A DNA stretch of 64,000 nt, taken from NCBI RefSeq assembly GCF_054482525.1, contig NZ_JBTHVG010000004.1; one strand, written 5' to 3'. Below are positions 30,182-40,156 of this stretch, piece by piece. Position numbers and translations under genes: made by a program. The notes under the pieces are model-generated. The model was given only the letters and a program-made list of their open reading frames with translations. It was not told the origin of the DNA and did not search any database. The number at the start of each line of letters is the position of its first letter. Position 1 is the stretch's first letter. The DNA comes from a plasmid.

Positions 30182-30353
30182 GAGCAGGCTCCGTACTGGT
30201 GTAACGTTTCACGGCTTCCAGAATGATGTTTGCGATTTCATCGGAACAGCATTCTGCAAAAATGAATTCCTGATCGTCCCGACTGTCGTGGGCAATCACA
30301 TTGCCGTTTTCTGTTCGTCGTAACGTTATGTGCTCCGGGCTCCAGGCAGACAT
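30165..30353 (-). CDS. traS: TraS
   Basis: 62 aa ORF overlapping the traT start. Confidence 0.5.
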   Translation of the reverse strand: MSAWSPEHITLRRTENGNVIAHDSRDDQEFIFAECCSDEIANIILEAVKRYTSTEPAHATQH

Positions 30354-30416
30354 ATGTGCCTCCTTGTATTGCCGAACAGGAAGGGCACCGGATAAATGCC
30401 AGTGCCCTGGACAAGA

Positions 30417-30821
30417 TTAGCCAATGGAAATTGAGGAAATCCCCAACTGTTTCTGGCTGCGACTCATCATTTCAGGTCCGGCGACAAGTACCGCCCCAAT
30501 GACGATAGATACAATGCAACTAGCCAGTCCCATCCCCCCTTGTTTCCCAACTTTTTTCAGGCCAATCAGGCCCCCGAGAAACAGAATTACGCCGATGAAC
30601 TGCGCAATAGTCAGTGATGATGACTGTGCTGTTTTGGCACCTTGTTCGACATTGCGAACCATATCGGCAAGATCTCCATCGGCAAGAACGGCTTTGGGCA
30701 GCAACATCATGGGAATGAGCAGCAGGAACTTAGTCAGTTTGCTCCGGCATGACATTACAAACAGTTGTGCGTGGATAAATGCGGCGTACAGACGGGCCGC
30801 TACGACACGAATACGTGACAT
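30417..30821 (-). CDS. traR: TraR membrane protein
   Basis: 134 aa hydrophobic; operon position. Confidence 0.6.
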   Translation of the reverse strand: MSRIRVVAARLYAAFIHAQLFVMSCRSKLTKFLLLIPMMLLPKAVLADGDLADMVRNVEQGAKTAQSSSLTIAQFIGVILFLGGLIGLKKVGKQGGMGLASCIVSIVIGAVLVAGPEMMSRSQKQLGISSISIG

Positions 30822-30871
30822 AGTTTCTCCTTAAATGGATATATCAGTGGTTTATATGAAGGTGAAAAAAA

Positions 30872-31399
30872 TCAGAAGACGATTCCAATGCTTGCCAGCA
30901 GGGCATTGAGGACACGATCGATAAAGACCAGCAGGACGCCGGCAATAAATTTGACGTTTCCCTTACTGACGGATTCACTGGCACTCAGTGCGGTATGTCC
31001 ATCGAGTCCGGCCTTGCGCCAGATGGATATCCCGTTCATTACAAATCCAACACCGGCCAGCTTGGCCAGCGACAGAACTGCATTTGCTGCGCCAGCAGCA
31101 GCGCCAAACGTCTGAGGTTGTACATATGCAATCGGGCCAAATGAGTCAGCCCTGAATCCCATTTGTACGCCTCCGGCGTTAATCATTGCCGGGAGTGATA
31201 CGAGCATGCAGCTGGTTAACATCCCCGCAATAAATTTTCCGGGAGACATTTTTACCGGACCGGCTGAACGGGCGCGGGCAAACAGGGTAATCATGCTGAT
31301 CACCCCGATGAATTCTCCCCAGGTAAACAGGAAATCCATTCCGGCACTGAAAATACTGCTGGCAAAGTTCTCAATGGCGGTCAGGGCATCCATGTTCAT
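30872..31399 (-). CDS. traQ: TraQ membrane protein
   Basis: 175 aa hydrophobic; operon position. Confidence 0.6.
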   Translation of the reverse strand: MNMDALTAIENFASSIFSAGMDFLFTWGEFIGVISMITLFARARSAGPVKMSPGKFIAGMLTSCMLVSLPAMINAGGVQMGFRADSFGPIAYVQPQTFGAAAGAANAVLSLAKLAGVGFVMNGISIWRKAGLDGHTALSASESVSKGNVKFIAGVLLVFIDRVLNALLASIGIVF

Positions 31400-32103
31400 C
31401 AGCGTAACGTCCCTGCACTGGTGATGATGGTCCGGGTAGTCGGATCAATCCGCTGGATCACCACATTGCCCAGCGTCTGACCTTCTCTGACAGCCCAGGT
31501 ACTACCCTGCCAGCGAATCCAGGCCATACCAGTTTCCATCGACATGATTTTCATTCCGTTAAGTACAGACGACGTTTTTTTCTTTGCTGGATGCGGTGTG
31601 GAAGAGGATTCAGTGACGCTTTTCTGTGTCATTATTCCGTTCAGGCGGCTCCGGATATCATCCAGCTGACGGCGTGTTTCCTGTGCGTATTCTTCATCCT
31701 TTTTTATAGCTTCGCCCAGCTTGTTAATGCTGTCGTGAAGCATATTCAGTGTTGCCTGAATTTTTTCATCGCGGTTATCCAGCTCTGTTTTTACATCCCG
31801 GGCAAGCTGGCTCATATCTTCTCCTGTCCGGACAGTCATAGTCTCAGTGGACTGAACGGAAGGTGATGATTCTTGTGTGGTTTGCCAGGTCTGTACGCCA
31901 GCATCCGCATCATTAAACGGAGGCATGCCTGTTTCCGATGGCGCTCTCAGGAACAGATACCATATGGCTGCGAGCAACACGATTGCACATAGCCCCCATG
32001 TTGCTACAGATATCCCCCAGACGGAACGTTTCCAGAAGGGGGCGGGTTTCTCTTCGGGTTCACCGAAGCTGCCGGTTTCATCTATTTCTGTTTCAGGTTT
32101 CAT
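31399..32103 (-). CDS. traP: TraP
   Basis: 234 aa with one transmembrane segment; operon position. Confidence 0.6.
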   Translation of the reverse strand: MKPETEIDETGSFGEPEEKPAPFWKRSVWGISVATWGLCAIVLLAAIWYLFLRAPSETGMPPFNDADAGVQTWQTTQESSPSVQSTETMTVRTGEDMSQLARDVKTELDNRDEKIQATLNMLHDSINKLGEAIKKDEEYAQETRRQLDDIRSRLNGIMTQKSVTESSSTPHPAKKKTSSVLNGMKIMSMETGMAWIRWQGSTWAVREGQTLGNVVIQRIDPTTRTIITSAGTLR

Positions 32104-33392
32104 TATGGTGTCTCCGGTTGTTCATCATACCGACGTTGCATCACAGCTTTTCTTTGCTCCATGGCTGTCTGCATTCGTGCCTGCGAGCGTTGTTCCGCCT
32201 GTGATGTACGATTAACTGAAGGGGAAATGCCACTGGAAAGGGAAGATGACCTGGCGTCGTTTGTCATTACCGGGTCAACAAACAGAATTGATACGACTTC
32301 ATGCTGATACACTTCTACCTGTTTATAGGGCTCACTTTCTGCCTGGCGGGTTAATATCTGACTTCCTCTTTCCGCCATACCACCGGCAATAACGCCCGCA
32401 ACAGCTTCACCACTGGGCATTCCCACGCGTCCGGTAACCGTGCCATAGTTACCCTGAATAACCTGCGTGTTGGCATCTTTATAAAGTGTGCCAATACTGC
32501 CCACACCTCCTAACACTGACGGCAGAATGATATGTTTAAACCAGCGTGTATTCACATTGCTGGCCACGGATGACATCAGGTTGTCTTCCCGTTGAGCATA
32601 TGCATTGACCTTAAGGTCCATGCCGTTCCAGCTCATCCGGTCGAAATGGATCTCCACGCCGTTACCCACCAGTTTGACTCCCGGACTGAACAGCGTTGCC
32701 CCTGCCCAGGGGCCAGCGGGAATGGTTGCGATAACCTTGGATGACGGGTTATCAGAATCCACTGCAGTATCAATATATGCCGGTATACGGGTCAGAGCAG
32801 GTATCAGTTGTATCCCTTTTTCTGCTACAGGCGTGGACAGGCTGGCATTCTGTAATGCGAATTGCTGCGTACCATTCTGCCCTGTTGTTTCTGCCGGAGA
32901 TTTATTCCACATAGTCGTTGCTATGGTTGGTGTACTACCGGCAGGATGCTGATCTTTTATTCTTACAATCAGCTTTTGCAGCCGCTCCATACGTTTTTCA
33001 CTGGCTGCTCGATCCTCCTGTGGTGTGCCGGAAGCCTGGCGATGAGCATAGTTTTCCGGTTTTGCTGCAGGCTGTTGTTGCTTTTCCGGAGTGTCCGGAA
33101 TATCAAGCCCCTGTGGAAGACTGGCAATGAACGTCTGATTATTGCGGGCTGCAGCTGCGGCCCCTCGTTCATTATCCGCTCTTAACAGTTCACGATAGTG
33201 AGGCGTTTCGGTAACGCTGCGCGTTCCGCCGCTTGCTGCACTGTTAATGTTCACGGCTGACTGCATATCGCTGTTACTCCCTGATAGTTTGGAAAACGCG
33301 ATATAGCCGCCGCCAAATAAGATGATGCTGCCCAGTCCAAGCAGGGCAGCCAGTTTCTTTCCGGATTTACCGGCATCCTGTTCAGCACTCAT
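32103..33392 (-). CDS. traO: TraO (DotG/IcmE-like core component)
   Basis: 429 aa; N-terminal transmembrane segment; operon position. Confidence 0.7.
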   Translation of the reverse strand: MSAEQDAGKSGKKLAALLGLGSIILFGGGYIAFSKLSGSNSDMQSAVNINSAASGGTRSVTETPHYRELLRADNERGAAAAARNNQTFIASLPQGLDIPDTPEKQQQPAAKPENYAHRQASGTPQEDRAASEKRMERLQKLIVRIKDQHPAGSTPTIATTMWNKSPAETTGQNGTQQFALQNASLSTPVAEKGIQLIPALTRIPAYIDTAVDSDNPSSKVIATIPAGPWAGATLFSPGVKLVGNGVEIHFDRMSWNGMDLKVNAYAQREDNLMSSVASNVNTRWFKHIILPSVLGGVGSIGTLYKDANTQVIQGNYGTVTGRVGMPSGEAVAGVIAGGMAERGSQILTRQAESEPYKQVEVYQHEVVSILFVDPVMTNDARSSSLSSGISPSVNRTSQAEQRSQARMQTAMEQRKAVMQRRYDEQPETP

Positions 33393-33394
33393 GA

Positions 33395-34378
33395 TTACTC
33401 CAGTTCTGGTGTCACGTGAACGGACTGGCCATTCACAGAGAAAGTCAGTAGTGGGGTGACGGGAAGTTTCCAGAGATGAGTTCCGTCGGCAGAGGACAAG
33501 GTCTGTTCAAATTCATCGCGCAACATCGCCCGGGAACGAACCAGAAGGTCATCGCCGTGTTGCCAGATCGTTGTATCCGGGACATTACCTGTGAATTTCA
33601 GCCTCTTAACTGAAGGGTCCCGGGGAGGAATACCATCCAGAAATGCCTGTAATGTTGCATCATGCAGGGCGATCTTATCCGTCGGGATGGAGACAACTGG
33701 GCTGGTTGGTCCCTGCCGTGGTATTCGCAGATCCAGACGACTGTCCATTTCCTGACTGGATGACGGCGTATCTGTTTCGCCACTGGTTACGTTCAGGATG
33801 ACCGGTACCGACAGACCTTTCAGGTAGACAGAAATATTTCCGGATGCCCATGGCCGCAATGGTGTGATTGTCACCATGTTCTCGTTGTACTGCACATCAA
33901 AGAGTTTTGGTGCCGCGTTATAAGGAGGATCGGATTGTGGCCATGGTGAACCGTTGATATCGGTAAATGTCACCACGCTCAGGTTGTTCATGGCTGTGCG
34001 AACAAGAGGAAGGCTGGCACCGGGGGACAGATTAACTGTCAGAGAGCTGATACGGGGTACAACACTGGTGATGGGCGCATTGATGGCCCGCTCGTTATCC
34101 GCCATGAGACTGCGTAGTGAGCGAATCTCATCGGCGGAGAGCTCAGAATCAAGCCTTGCCGCATCCTGTACCAGCGGGCTGGCCTGCCCGGGGGCAGGCA
34201 GCTCACCTTTTACCAGTGTTGCCGGAACACCTCCGGTGTTTTGGGAGGTGTTCTGAACGTGATCGCTGGCAGAATTTGTCGTTTGTGGTGTGCGTGCGTT
34301 CTGCCATCCTGCGTTATCTGCAGACGTGGCGGCGCTGCACACCAGGAGCAGTGTGCTCAGTAAATAACGTGATTGCAT
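33395..34378 (-). CDS. traN: TraN (DotH/IcmK-like)
   Basis: 327 aa with signal peptide; operon position. Confidence 0.7.
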   Translation of the reverse strand: MQSRYLLSTLLLVCSAATSADNAGWQNARTPQTTNSASDHVQNTSQNTGGVPATLVKGELPAPGQASPLVQDAARLDSELSADEIRSLRSLMADNERAINAPITSVVPRISSLTVNLSPGASLPLVRTAMNNLSVVTFTDINGSPWPQSDPPYNAAPKLFDVQYNENMVTITPLRPWASGNISVYLKGLSVPVILNVTSGETDTPSSSQEMDSRLDLRIPRQGPTSPVVSIPTDKIALHDATLQAFLDGIPPRDPSVKRLKFTGNVPDTTIWQHGDDLLVRSRAMLRDEFEQTLSSADGTHLWKLPVTPLLTFSVNGQSVHVTPELE

Positions 34379-34388
34379 ATTACTTATC

Positions 34389-35081
34389 TCAGGAGTTCGG
34401 TCCGGCGTTACGGGAGATCATCTGCCGGATTTCCATACCGGATGGTTTCAGTCTGGGGTCAACACGCTGGATGGTGATTTCGAAAACAAAAGACTGTTCT
34501 GGCTTGCTGGTTGTCTGGCCGACCAGACGCATACGGACAGGATACTGGAATGTCCAGAACCATACGCCGTCGGACATTTGTCCCTGTCGTACCAGAACGC
34601 CAGCACCTGTCGTGGCGGTCAGATTCATCTTCTCTTTCTTGATCGTCTCCAGAATGTTAGATGCCTGTAATGCATTCACATATCCGACAAAACCTTCGTC
34701 AGAAAAACGCGGAGACAGGGAGGAGATCTGTGAACGATAGTGCACAAAATCCAGGTTGAATGCGGTCGCCAGTGCCTGGCTGCCAAAGGCCATTGCATCA
34801 TTCTGACTCCATGCTGGCTGACTTGTTGGTGCCAGCCTGACCAGACGACCATTGTCTGTAGCGAAATATTCGCGCTCCACATTCGTTGAGTGCCAGTACT
34901 GAATGGCGTTACCAGTAATACTGATAAGAAGACATGTGCCCGTACATAAAAGCGCTTTTATCAGCGCAGGGACATTATTTGCCCGCTGTTCTGACTGCTT
35001 CATAGCCCTGATTGTGCTCTTCAGTATTTCCGGGTCAGGTGCCGGATGTGATGGCGAGGATGGCTCGGTATTTTCGGTCAT
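34389..35081 (-). CDS. traM: TraM (DotI/IcmL-like)
   Basis: 230 aa; operon position. Confidence 0.7.
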   Translation of the reverse strand: MTENTEPSSPSHPAPDPEILKSTIRAMKQSEQRANNVPALIKALLCTGTCLLISITGNAIQYWHSTNVEREYFATDNGRLVRLAPTSQPAWSQNDAMAFGSQALATAFNLDFVHYRSQISSLSPRFSDEGFVGYVNALQASNILETIKKEKMNLTATTGAGVLVRQGQMSDGVWFWTFQYPVRMRLVGQTTSKPEQSFVFEITIQRVDPRLKPSGMEIRQMISRNAGPNS

Positions 35082-35425
35082 AGGTTGTAGTCCTTCCAGG
35101 GATCAATATTCCCCGGCAGCTTTTCATTCACCTTGTCCACGACCGCGTCGCAGACCTGGTTTTCCAGCTGCGACAGAATGTCGTCAAGGCTGGGGAACTG
35201 GGGGAGGTTTATGCTGATTTTTTTGATTCGTGACAGACAGGACTGCAGGGATGAGGAAACATCGTTTTCACGTTGTGACCATGCATCCGCAGCTGCACGT
35301 GCTCGCTCATATCCTGTATTACTACCGGCCTGTGCCGCGCTACCCGCACGACAGGTTGCAGCACTTGCCGTGGATGAAATCAGGATAAGGCCGAGCACGG
35401 CAACCAGAGACTTATGCATGTTCAT
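35078..35425 (-). CDS. traL: TraL lipoprotein
   Basis: 115 aa with signal peptide; operon position. Confidence 0.6.
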   Translation of the reverse strand: MNMHKSLVAVLGLILISSTASAATCRAGSAAQAGSNTGYERARAAADAWSQRENDVSSSLQSCLSRIKKISINLPQFPSLDDILSQLENQVCDAVVDKVNEKLPGNIDPWKDYNL

Positions 35426-35442
35426 ATGGCTTCCTTACCGGC

Positions 35443-38400
35443 TCATCGGCCGGGGCTGTGGGAGAGATCCTGATGCAGAGTTTTTTCCTGCCTGTCCTCC
35501 GGCTTTTGGCTGTTGGACCACTGCTGCCATGACTGCTCGAAGCCCAGGTTCCGGTACAACGCATCAGGTTGTTTTTCCGGCGTGTAGACAGCAGCAAAAA
35601 GCGGTTCTTCCCGGGTTTTCAGATGAAACTGCATAAGCTCCGGTGCAGGGCGATTCGTGCTGTCAGCATCGTGGTTTACCGCTTCACCATAACCTGCAAA
35701 GCGTAAACCTTTGTCGGTCAGCGCATTGATAACCAGCTGACTGTTGTCGGCTGATGGGGTGGCCAGTGCCGGATACAATGTGCCGTTCAGCCGGACCACA
35801 CCCTGCAGATGTTCATCGGCACTCTGGACAAGTAGCAGGTTGAGTTCACGCGTATCCTTATCCACTGATCCCAGAACAGGTGTCAGCTTGTCAGGGGCTG
35901 CGCTGGTTATTTCTGTTACCTGATTTGCGTTCTGTGGCGCGGAGACCGGATGTCGGTCTTCACCGATAAACAGATGTGAGCCGACGTTTTCTGGCATACG
36001 TAACGCTTTCATCTCTTCGGGCCACCCCTGGCTGATTTGCGCAGCCACTTTCATAAAGGTTTCGACCGGAATCGCCTGAATACGCTGACCTTTATCCGGA
36101 TTATCATGTGATACCGAGATCCCGTTGGTAACTGACTCCATGGACCACTTATTCCGGAAACGTGCTTTTTGCTCTCCCGGGAGGATGAATTGTTCGCGGT
36201 TCTGAAGTGTCAGTGTCACCACGTCACCTTTCTGATGGTTTTTGACCAGACTTTCCAGTTGTTCCCCCCAGTAGAGTTTGCTGCCACTGCGGTTTTTAAG
36301 CTCAACAAAGAAACTCTCTCCTTTGCCGGGTGCATATTCAGCACGACCAAAATTGTGCAGTACGGCAGTCACGCTCTCTCCCGGGCGAAGTTTTCCTGGT
36401 GGTTCTTCACCTTGTGCCGCATCTGCCGTTTTGCCAGGTTCAGCCGGTGATGATGCAGGGACGGTGCTGACGGTTGATGCTTCAGGGGCTACTGGGGACG
36501 CCGGGGATTGTGTGGCTTCTTTTTCCTGAACAGGGTCTGGGACTGCTGGTTGTTCAGGGGTATTCCGGTTAAGTTCCGGTGTTGGCTTATGGGTGACAAC
36601 AGTATCCTTACCGACAGCCATTTCCTTGCGTAATTTTTCGAGCGCCGCTCGCTGATCCGGGAATTTCATGCGCACTTTGATGTTGTGCTCGATGATCAAC
36701 TGCATCGCTTTTTGCTTAAAGGCATCACTGCCCGTCAGCTCAATGACACCACCATAAAAATCAGTGGCCACAGCAAGTGCAGCCAGAACACTGCGATCGT
36801 CATTGCTGGCACCGTTGACCATTTCCAGCCGGTTTACCCGGTCAATGAAGGCAGGTTTGCCATCCAGTTTGTACAGGACGGTTCTGTCTGCTCGTTCTTC
36901 ACCTTCCAGCGATTTAATGATTTCGTCCAGATTGAGCGATATCGGTGCATCAGGGCGTTCCGGGGCGTAGACAATACTGTCAGGTGCCGGTGTGGTCGTC
37001 GTGGTTTCCGGTGAGGGTGTGGGATCACTGTTCTCATGCGCCTGGGAATCCGTTTTTTTACGCGTAAAAAAGCCACGCGCTTTGTCGAGAAACGATGAAG
37101 TATTATCAGAAGATGATGTGCTCTGAACAGGTTGCTGTGGAGTGGGGTCATCCCGGACAGCCGGTTCTACTGTATCTGTTGTGGCCTGAAGTTCTGACTC
37201 ATCAGCCTGAACGTGGCCTGTGTCCGGTTGCGACGGCATATCACTGTTTTCCTGCAGATGCTCAGGATTTTCATTGTTCATCAGCTCCTGATATGTGCTG
37301 TAGTTTTCGTATTCTTCGGGGCCATCTGACTCAGGAAGGAACGGCTCTGGCTGAAGGGGAATGTCTTCAGTTACATGGTTGACCGCCTCTTCCCGGGGAG
37401 TATCCGGGGATATTCCGGTGCTTTGTTTGTCATCAGGCTCCGTCATCACGGTCATTTCCTCTTTGACTGCATCAGGGGAAGGTGATGGCTCGGCTGATTC
37501 ATTCATGGTTTCAGATGAGGGACTGTCTTCAGGGGATGCGGTGGTGGCAGCAGGGGCCGGTATTTCAGGTGAAGTGCCGGATTCCTGTTGTGACTCGTTT
37601 TTTTCCGGTTGTGACAGTTCAGCTTCAAATTCACGCCAGTCTTTATCTGTGGCCACCGAGACAACTTTTTCCGGAGGTTCCGCCGGATGAGCGGGTTCAT
37701 CAGGGGCAGACGCCGTTGTACTTTCCGGGGACGCCAGTGATTCTGCAGGGGAGTCCTGAACTACAGAGCTTTCCGTTTGCGCCTGAACGTTATCAGCGTG
37801 CCGCTCATCTTTGCCGTTATTTTCAGTGGCGTGACTGGTAAATGACTGTGTTTCATCAGCAATGTTACTGCTGGAAGCAGCTGGTTGTTCCTGCTGCGTG
37901 GCGGACGGCAGAGAAGGTCCCTGGTCATGGCTGTGCCCTGTATCGGGTGATGTTTCAGGATATTCTGTCGGAGTCATGGTTTTTTCCTCAGTGTGGACCG
38001 GTGTAAAAACGAGGTTGCCTATCACCAGTGCCTCGCGCATTTCCGGGGTGTTACTGTTGGGGGTGGAAACCCCGATGTGTTCTAACTGGGCGTTGATGAC
38101 ATGCTGAAAAGCGGCCCGTCCCCGGCTTGCGTCCAGGTCATTGAAATCGGTCAGCCCCTGCGCTTTTTCGGCATCGGTGAACGCAGGAAAGATGACCGAT
38201 CCTCCTGTCAGTTCTGCGGCTTTTGTTGCACTGACGATACCTTTGTTAACCCGGATTGCATGATCGTTGTCGGCACAGAAGATAAAGGGGCTTTGCGTCC
38301 ACTTTTGCCGGGCATTTTCGGCAACGGCAATCATGTTGCCTCCATCCACCGTCATCAGTACCGGAAGGCCCGTGGCTTCGTGCAGGGAGGCCGCAGTGGC

Positions 38401-39246
38401 ATAGCCCTCGGCAAACAGTACCGGCTGACCGTTGCGCGGTGTGCCCAGCGCAAACCAGTTACCGGTTTTCTCCGAATCTATCAGGATGCGGGCATCTTTC
38501 CCCCCGGTGACCGGAATACGCTGGTAAGAGCGTATCGCGCCGTTACGGTTACTGAAGGGAATAACCAGTTCATTTTTGTTGTTTACCCGCACCCCCGGTG
38601 CAGCCTGAATGCCTTTCCGGGTCAGGTATTCATGTGCTGTGGCCTGCGGCCATTTGTTGATATAGCGGCGGGCATACGCGGCCTGTCGGTTGTACTGTGC
38701 TTTCAGTTCCCGCTCCGCGTCCTCCCTGCGTTGCATTGAATGCGCTTTCAGGTGGAGTCTTGCGCGGGGATCTGTCTGTTCTCCGCCGGAGAAGGTCCAG
38801 GTGATCGGCGAATTATCCGCGCTGCGATAATCCCTGTACCAGCCGGCAGGTCTGCCGTCCAGGAATCCGCGATATGCGCCACTTTTTTGTCCTTTTTTGT
38901 CATCGGCGGTCGGGACACGGTGGATTTTCCCGTCCATGACCGGCAGTTCTTTCAGAACCAGTCCGGCATTCTCCAGAACCTGGGCAAACTCGGTGACCGG
39001 ATCACTGCCGTTCATGGAGACGTCCTGTGGCCGGGGCAGCCAGCGGTCCAGCCTGGACAGGTCCGCCCCCGGGCGGGCGAACCAGAGTTTGTGCTCCTTG
39101 TCCCAGATGACGGGCGTGTGCCCGTTCATCGGGGGATGTGCTTTTTTGAGATCTTCTATTTCATCTGCAGGCACGGCAAGCCAGGTGCGGTAGCGGGATA
39201 CAGACGGCATGAGTGCTTCTCCTGAAAAAAGACGGAAAAAAACCAC
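35443..39246 (-). CDS. sogL: SogL DNA primase (SogS expected from an internal in-frame start)
   Basis: 1267 aa; N-terminal primase region, long acidic Pro/Ser/Thr/Glu-rich linker, C-terminal domain; matches IncI1 Sog. Confidence 0.85.
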   Translation of the reverse strand: MVFFRLFSGEALMPSVSRYRTWLAVPADEIEDLKKAHPPMNGHTPVIWDKEHKLWFARPGADLSRLDRWLPRPQDVSMNGSDPVTEFAQVLENAGLVLKELPVMDGKIHRVPTADDKKGQKSGAYRGFLDGRPAGWYRDYRSADNSPITWTFSGGEQTDPRARLHLKAHSMQRREDAERELKAQYNRQAAYARRYINKWPQATAHEYLTRKGIQAAPGVRVNNKNELVIPFSNRNGAIRSYQRIPVTGGKDARILIDSEKTGNWFALGTPRNGQPVLFAEGYATAASLHEATGLPVLMTVDGGNMIAVAENARQKWTQSPFIFCADNDHAIRVNKGIVSATKAAELTGGSVIFPAFTDAEKAQGLTDFNDLDASRGRAAFQHVINAQLEHIGVSTPNSNTPEMREALVIGNLVFTPVHTEEKTMTPTEYPETSPDTGHSHDQGPSLPSATQQEQPAASSSNIADETQSFTSHATENNGKDERHADNVQAQTESSVVQDSPAESLASPESTTASAPDEPAHPAEPPEKVVSVATDKDWREFEAELSQPEKNESQQESGTSPEIPAPAATTASPEDSPSSETMNESAEPSPSPDAVKEEMTVMTEPDDKQSTGISPDTPREEAVNHVTEDIPLQPEPFLPESDGPEEYENYSTYQELMNNENPEHLQENSDMPSQPDTGHVQADESELQATTDTVEPAVRDDPTPQQPVQSTSSSDNTSSFLDKARGFFTRKKTDSQAHENSDPTPSPETTTTTPAPDSIVYAPERPDAPISLNLDEIIKSLEGEERADRTVLYKLDGKPAFIDRVNRLEMVNGASNDDRSVLAALAVATDFYGGVIELTGSDAFKQKAMQLIIEHNIKVRMKFPDQRAALEKLRKEMAVGKDTVVTHKPTPELNRNTPEQPAVPDPVQEKEATQSPASPVAPEASTVSTVPASSPAEPGKTADAAQGEEPPGKLRPGESVTAVLHNFGRAEYAPGKGESFFVELKNRSGSKLYWGEQLESLVKNHQKGDVVTLTLQNREQFILPGEQKARFRNKWSMESVTNGISVSHDNPDKGQRIQAIPVETFMKVAAQISQGWPEEMKALRMPENVGSHLFIGEDRHPVSAPQNANQVTEITSAAPDKLTPVLGSVDKDTRELNLLLVQSADEHLQGVVRLNGTLYPALATPSADNSQLVINALTDKGLRFAGYGEAVNHDADSTNRPAPELMQFHLKTREEPLFAAVYTPEKQPDALYRNLGFEQSWQQWSNSQKPEDRQEKTLHQDLSHSPGR

Positions 39247-39299
39247 CGCCGGAAGCCGGGGGTGGCTGGGGGGATAGAAAATCGGGGGAGAAATGTTTG

Positions 39300-39851
39300 T
39301 CAGGGTCTCCAGTCTGTACCCTTATTCCAGCGATCCTGCCAGTGTTCAAGATATTGTGCGGCTACATCCGGCATATTCTTGAGCACAACGACATTCTCTG
39401 AATTCTTGCGTGCAGCAGCACGAGAGAAGTTATAGGAGCCAGTTTCAACCGTGTTTCCGTCAACAATGATGACTTTGTCGTGATGGATGGGGAAGGCATC
39501 TACAGTCCGGAGAGGAATGTCCAGCAGGTTGATATATTTCATCGCTTCCTGACTTGCCCGGTTCGTATTCCCCTTGTCATCAACAACAATACGGACGTCC
39601 ACTCCGCGTTTTTTCGCTTTTGCCAGCGCATGCATTACATCCGGGTCGGTGAAGGAATATGCCATCATCCTGATGGAGCTTTCCGCACTGTTGATTGTGT
39701 CAAGCACCAGAGCGGATGCGCTTCCTTCAGGAGAAAAGCCGACCTTCACGGATGGCGTGTCGATCATTGCAAACGATGGTGTCGTGAACAGTAACGGGCA
39801 TGCCAGTAGCGATACCCGGAGCAGAGTAACGATAGTTTTTTTACCTGACAT
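39300..39851 (-). CDS. nuc: Nuc, phospholipase-D-family periplasmic endonuclease
   Basis: Internal Met followed by a signal peptide (MSGKKTIVTLLRVSLLACPLLF); HxK(x)4D-type motif HHDKVIIVDGNTVETGSYN; the longer 303 aa ORF lacks a plausible start context. Confidence 0.75.
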   Translation of the reverse strand: MSGKKTIVTLLRVSLLACPLLFTTPSFAMIDTPSVKVGFSPEGSASALVLDTINSAESSIRMMAYSFTDPDVMHALAKAKKRGVDVRIVVDDKGNTNRASQEAMKYINLLDIPLRTVDAFPIHHDKVIIVDGNTVETGSYNFSRAAARKNSENVVVLKNMPDVAAQYLEHWQDRWNKGTDWRP

Positions 39852-39865
39852 AAAGACTCCAGAAT

Positions 39866-40156
39866 TTAATCGAGGCCAGTCCAGTCTCGTGGTGATTCCG
39901 TATGGTGGCGATACCACCATGGACGACCGGAGGCGATGGCCCCTCTCAGAATGCTGAAAATGCGAGTACAGATCGTCCTGACAGTCCAGCCTGAACGGTC
40001 GAGAATGACGAAAAATAAAATGATGCCGGTGCAAATCCAGAAGGTTGTTTTGGAGGGAAAGGGGCATATAAACAGATAAATCATGGTGAACGGCAGAGGT
40101 ACGCCCTGGATGTTGACTGGCGGTGTTGCATATCGCCAGAAACCTTCTCTTTTCAT
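39866..40156 (-). CDS. traK: TraK small membrane protein
   Basis: 96 aa hydrophobic ORF between traJ and nuc; start overlaps the traJ stop. Confidence 0.55.
   Translation of the reverse strand: MKREGFWRYATPPVNIQGVPLPFTMIYLFICPFPSKTTFWICTGIILFFVILDRSGWTVRTICTRIFSILRGAIASGRPWWYRHHTESPRDWTGLD

Noticed and set aside
36169-38739. Numerous plus-strand ORFs inside sogL (for example 38101..38739, 37482..37841)
   Set aside because: All lie antisense to the long, well-supported primase ORF.
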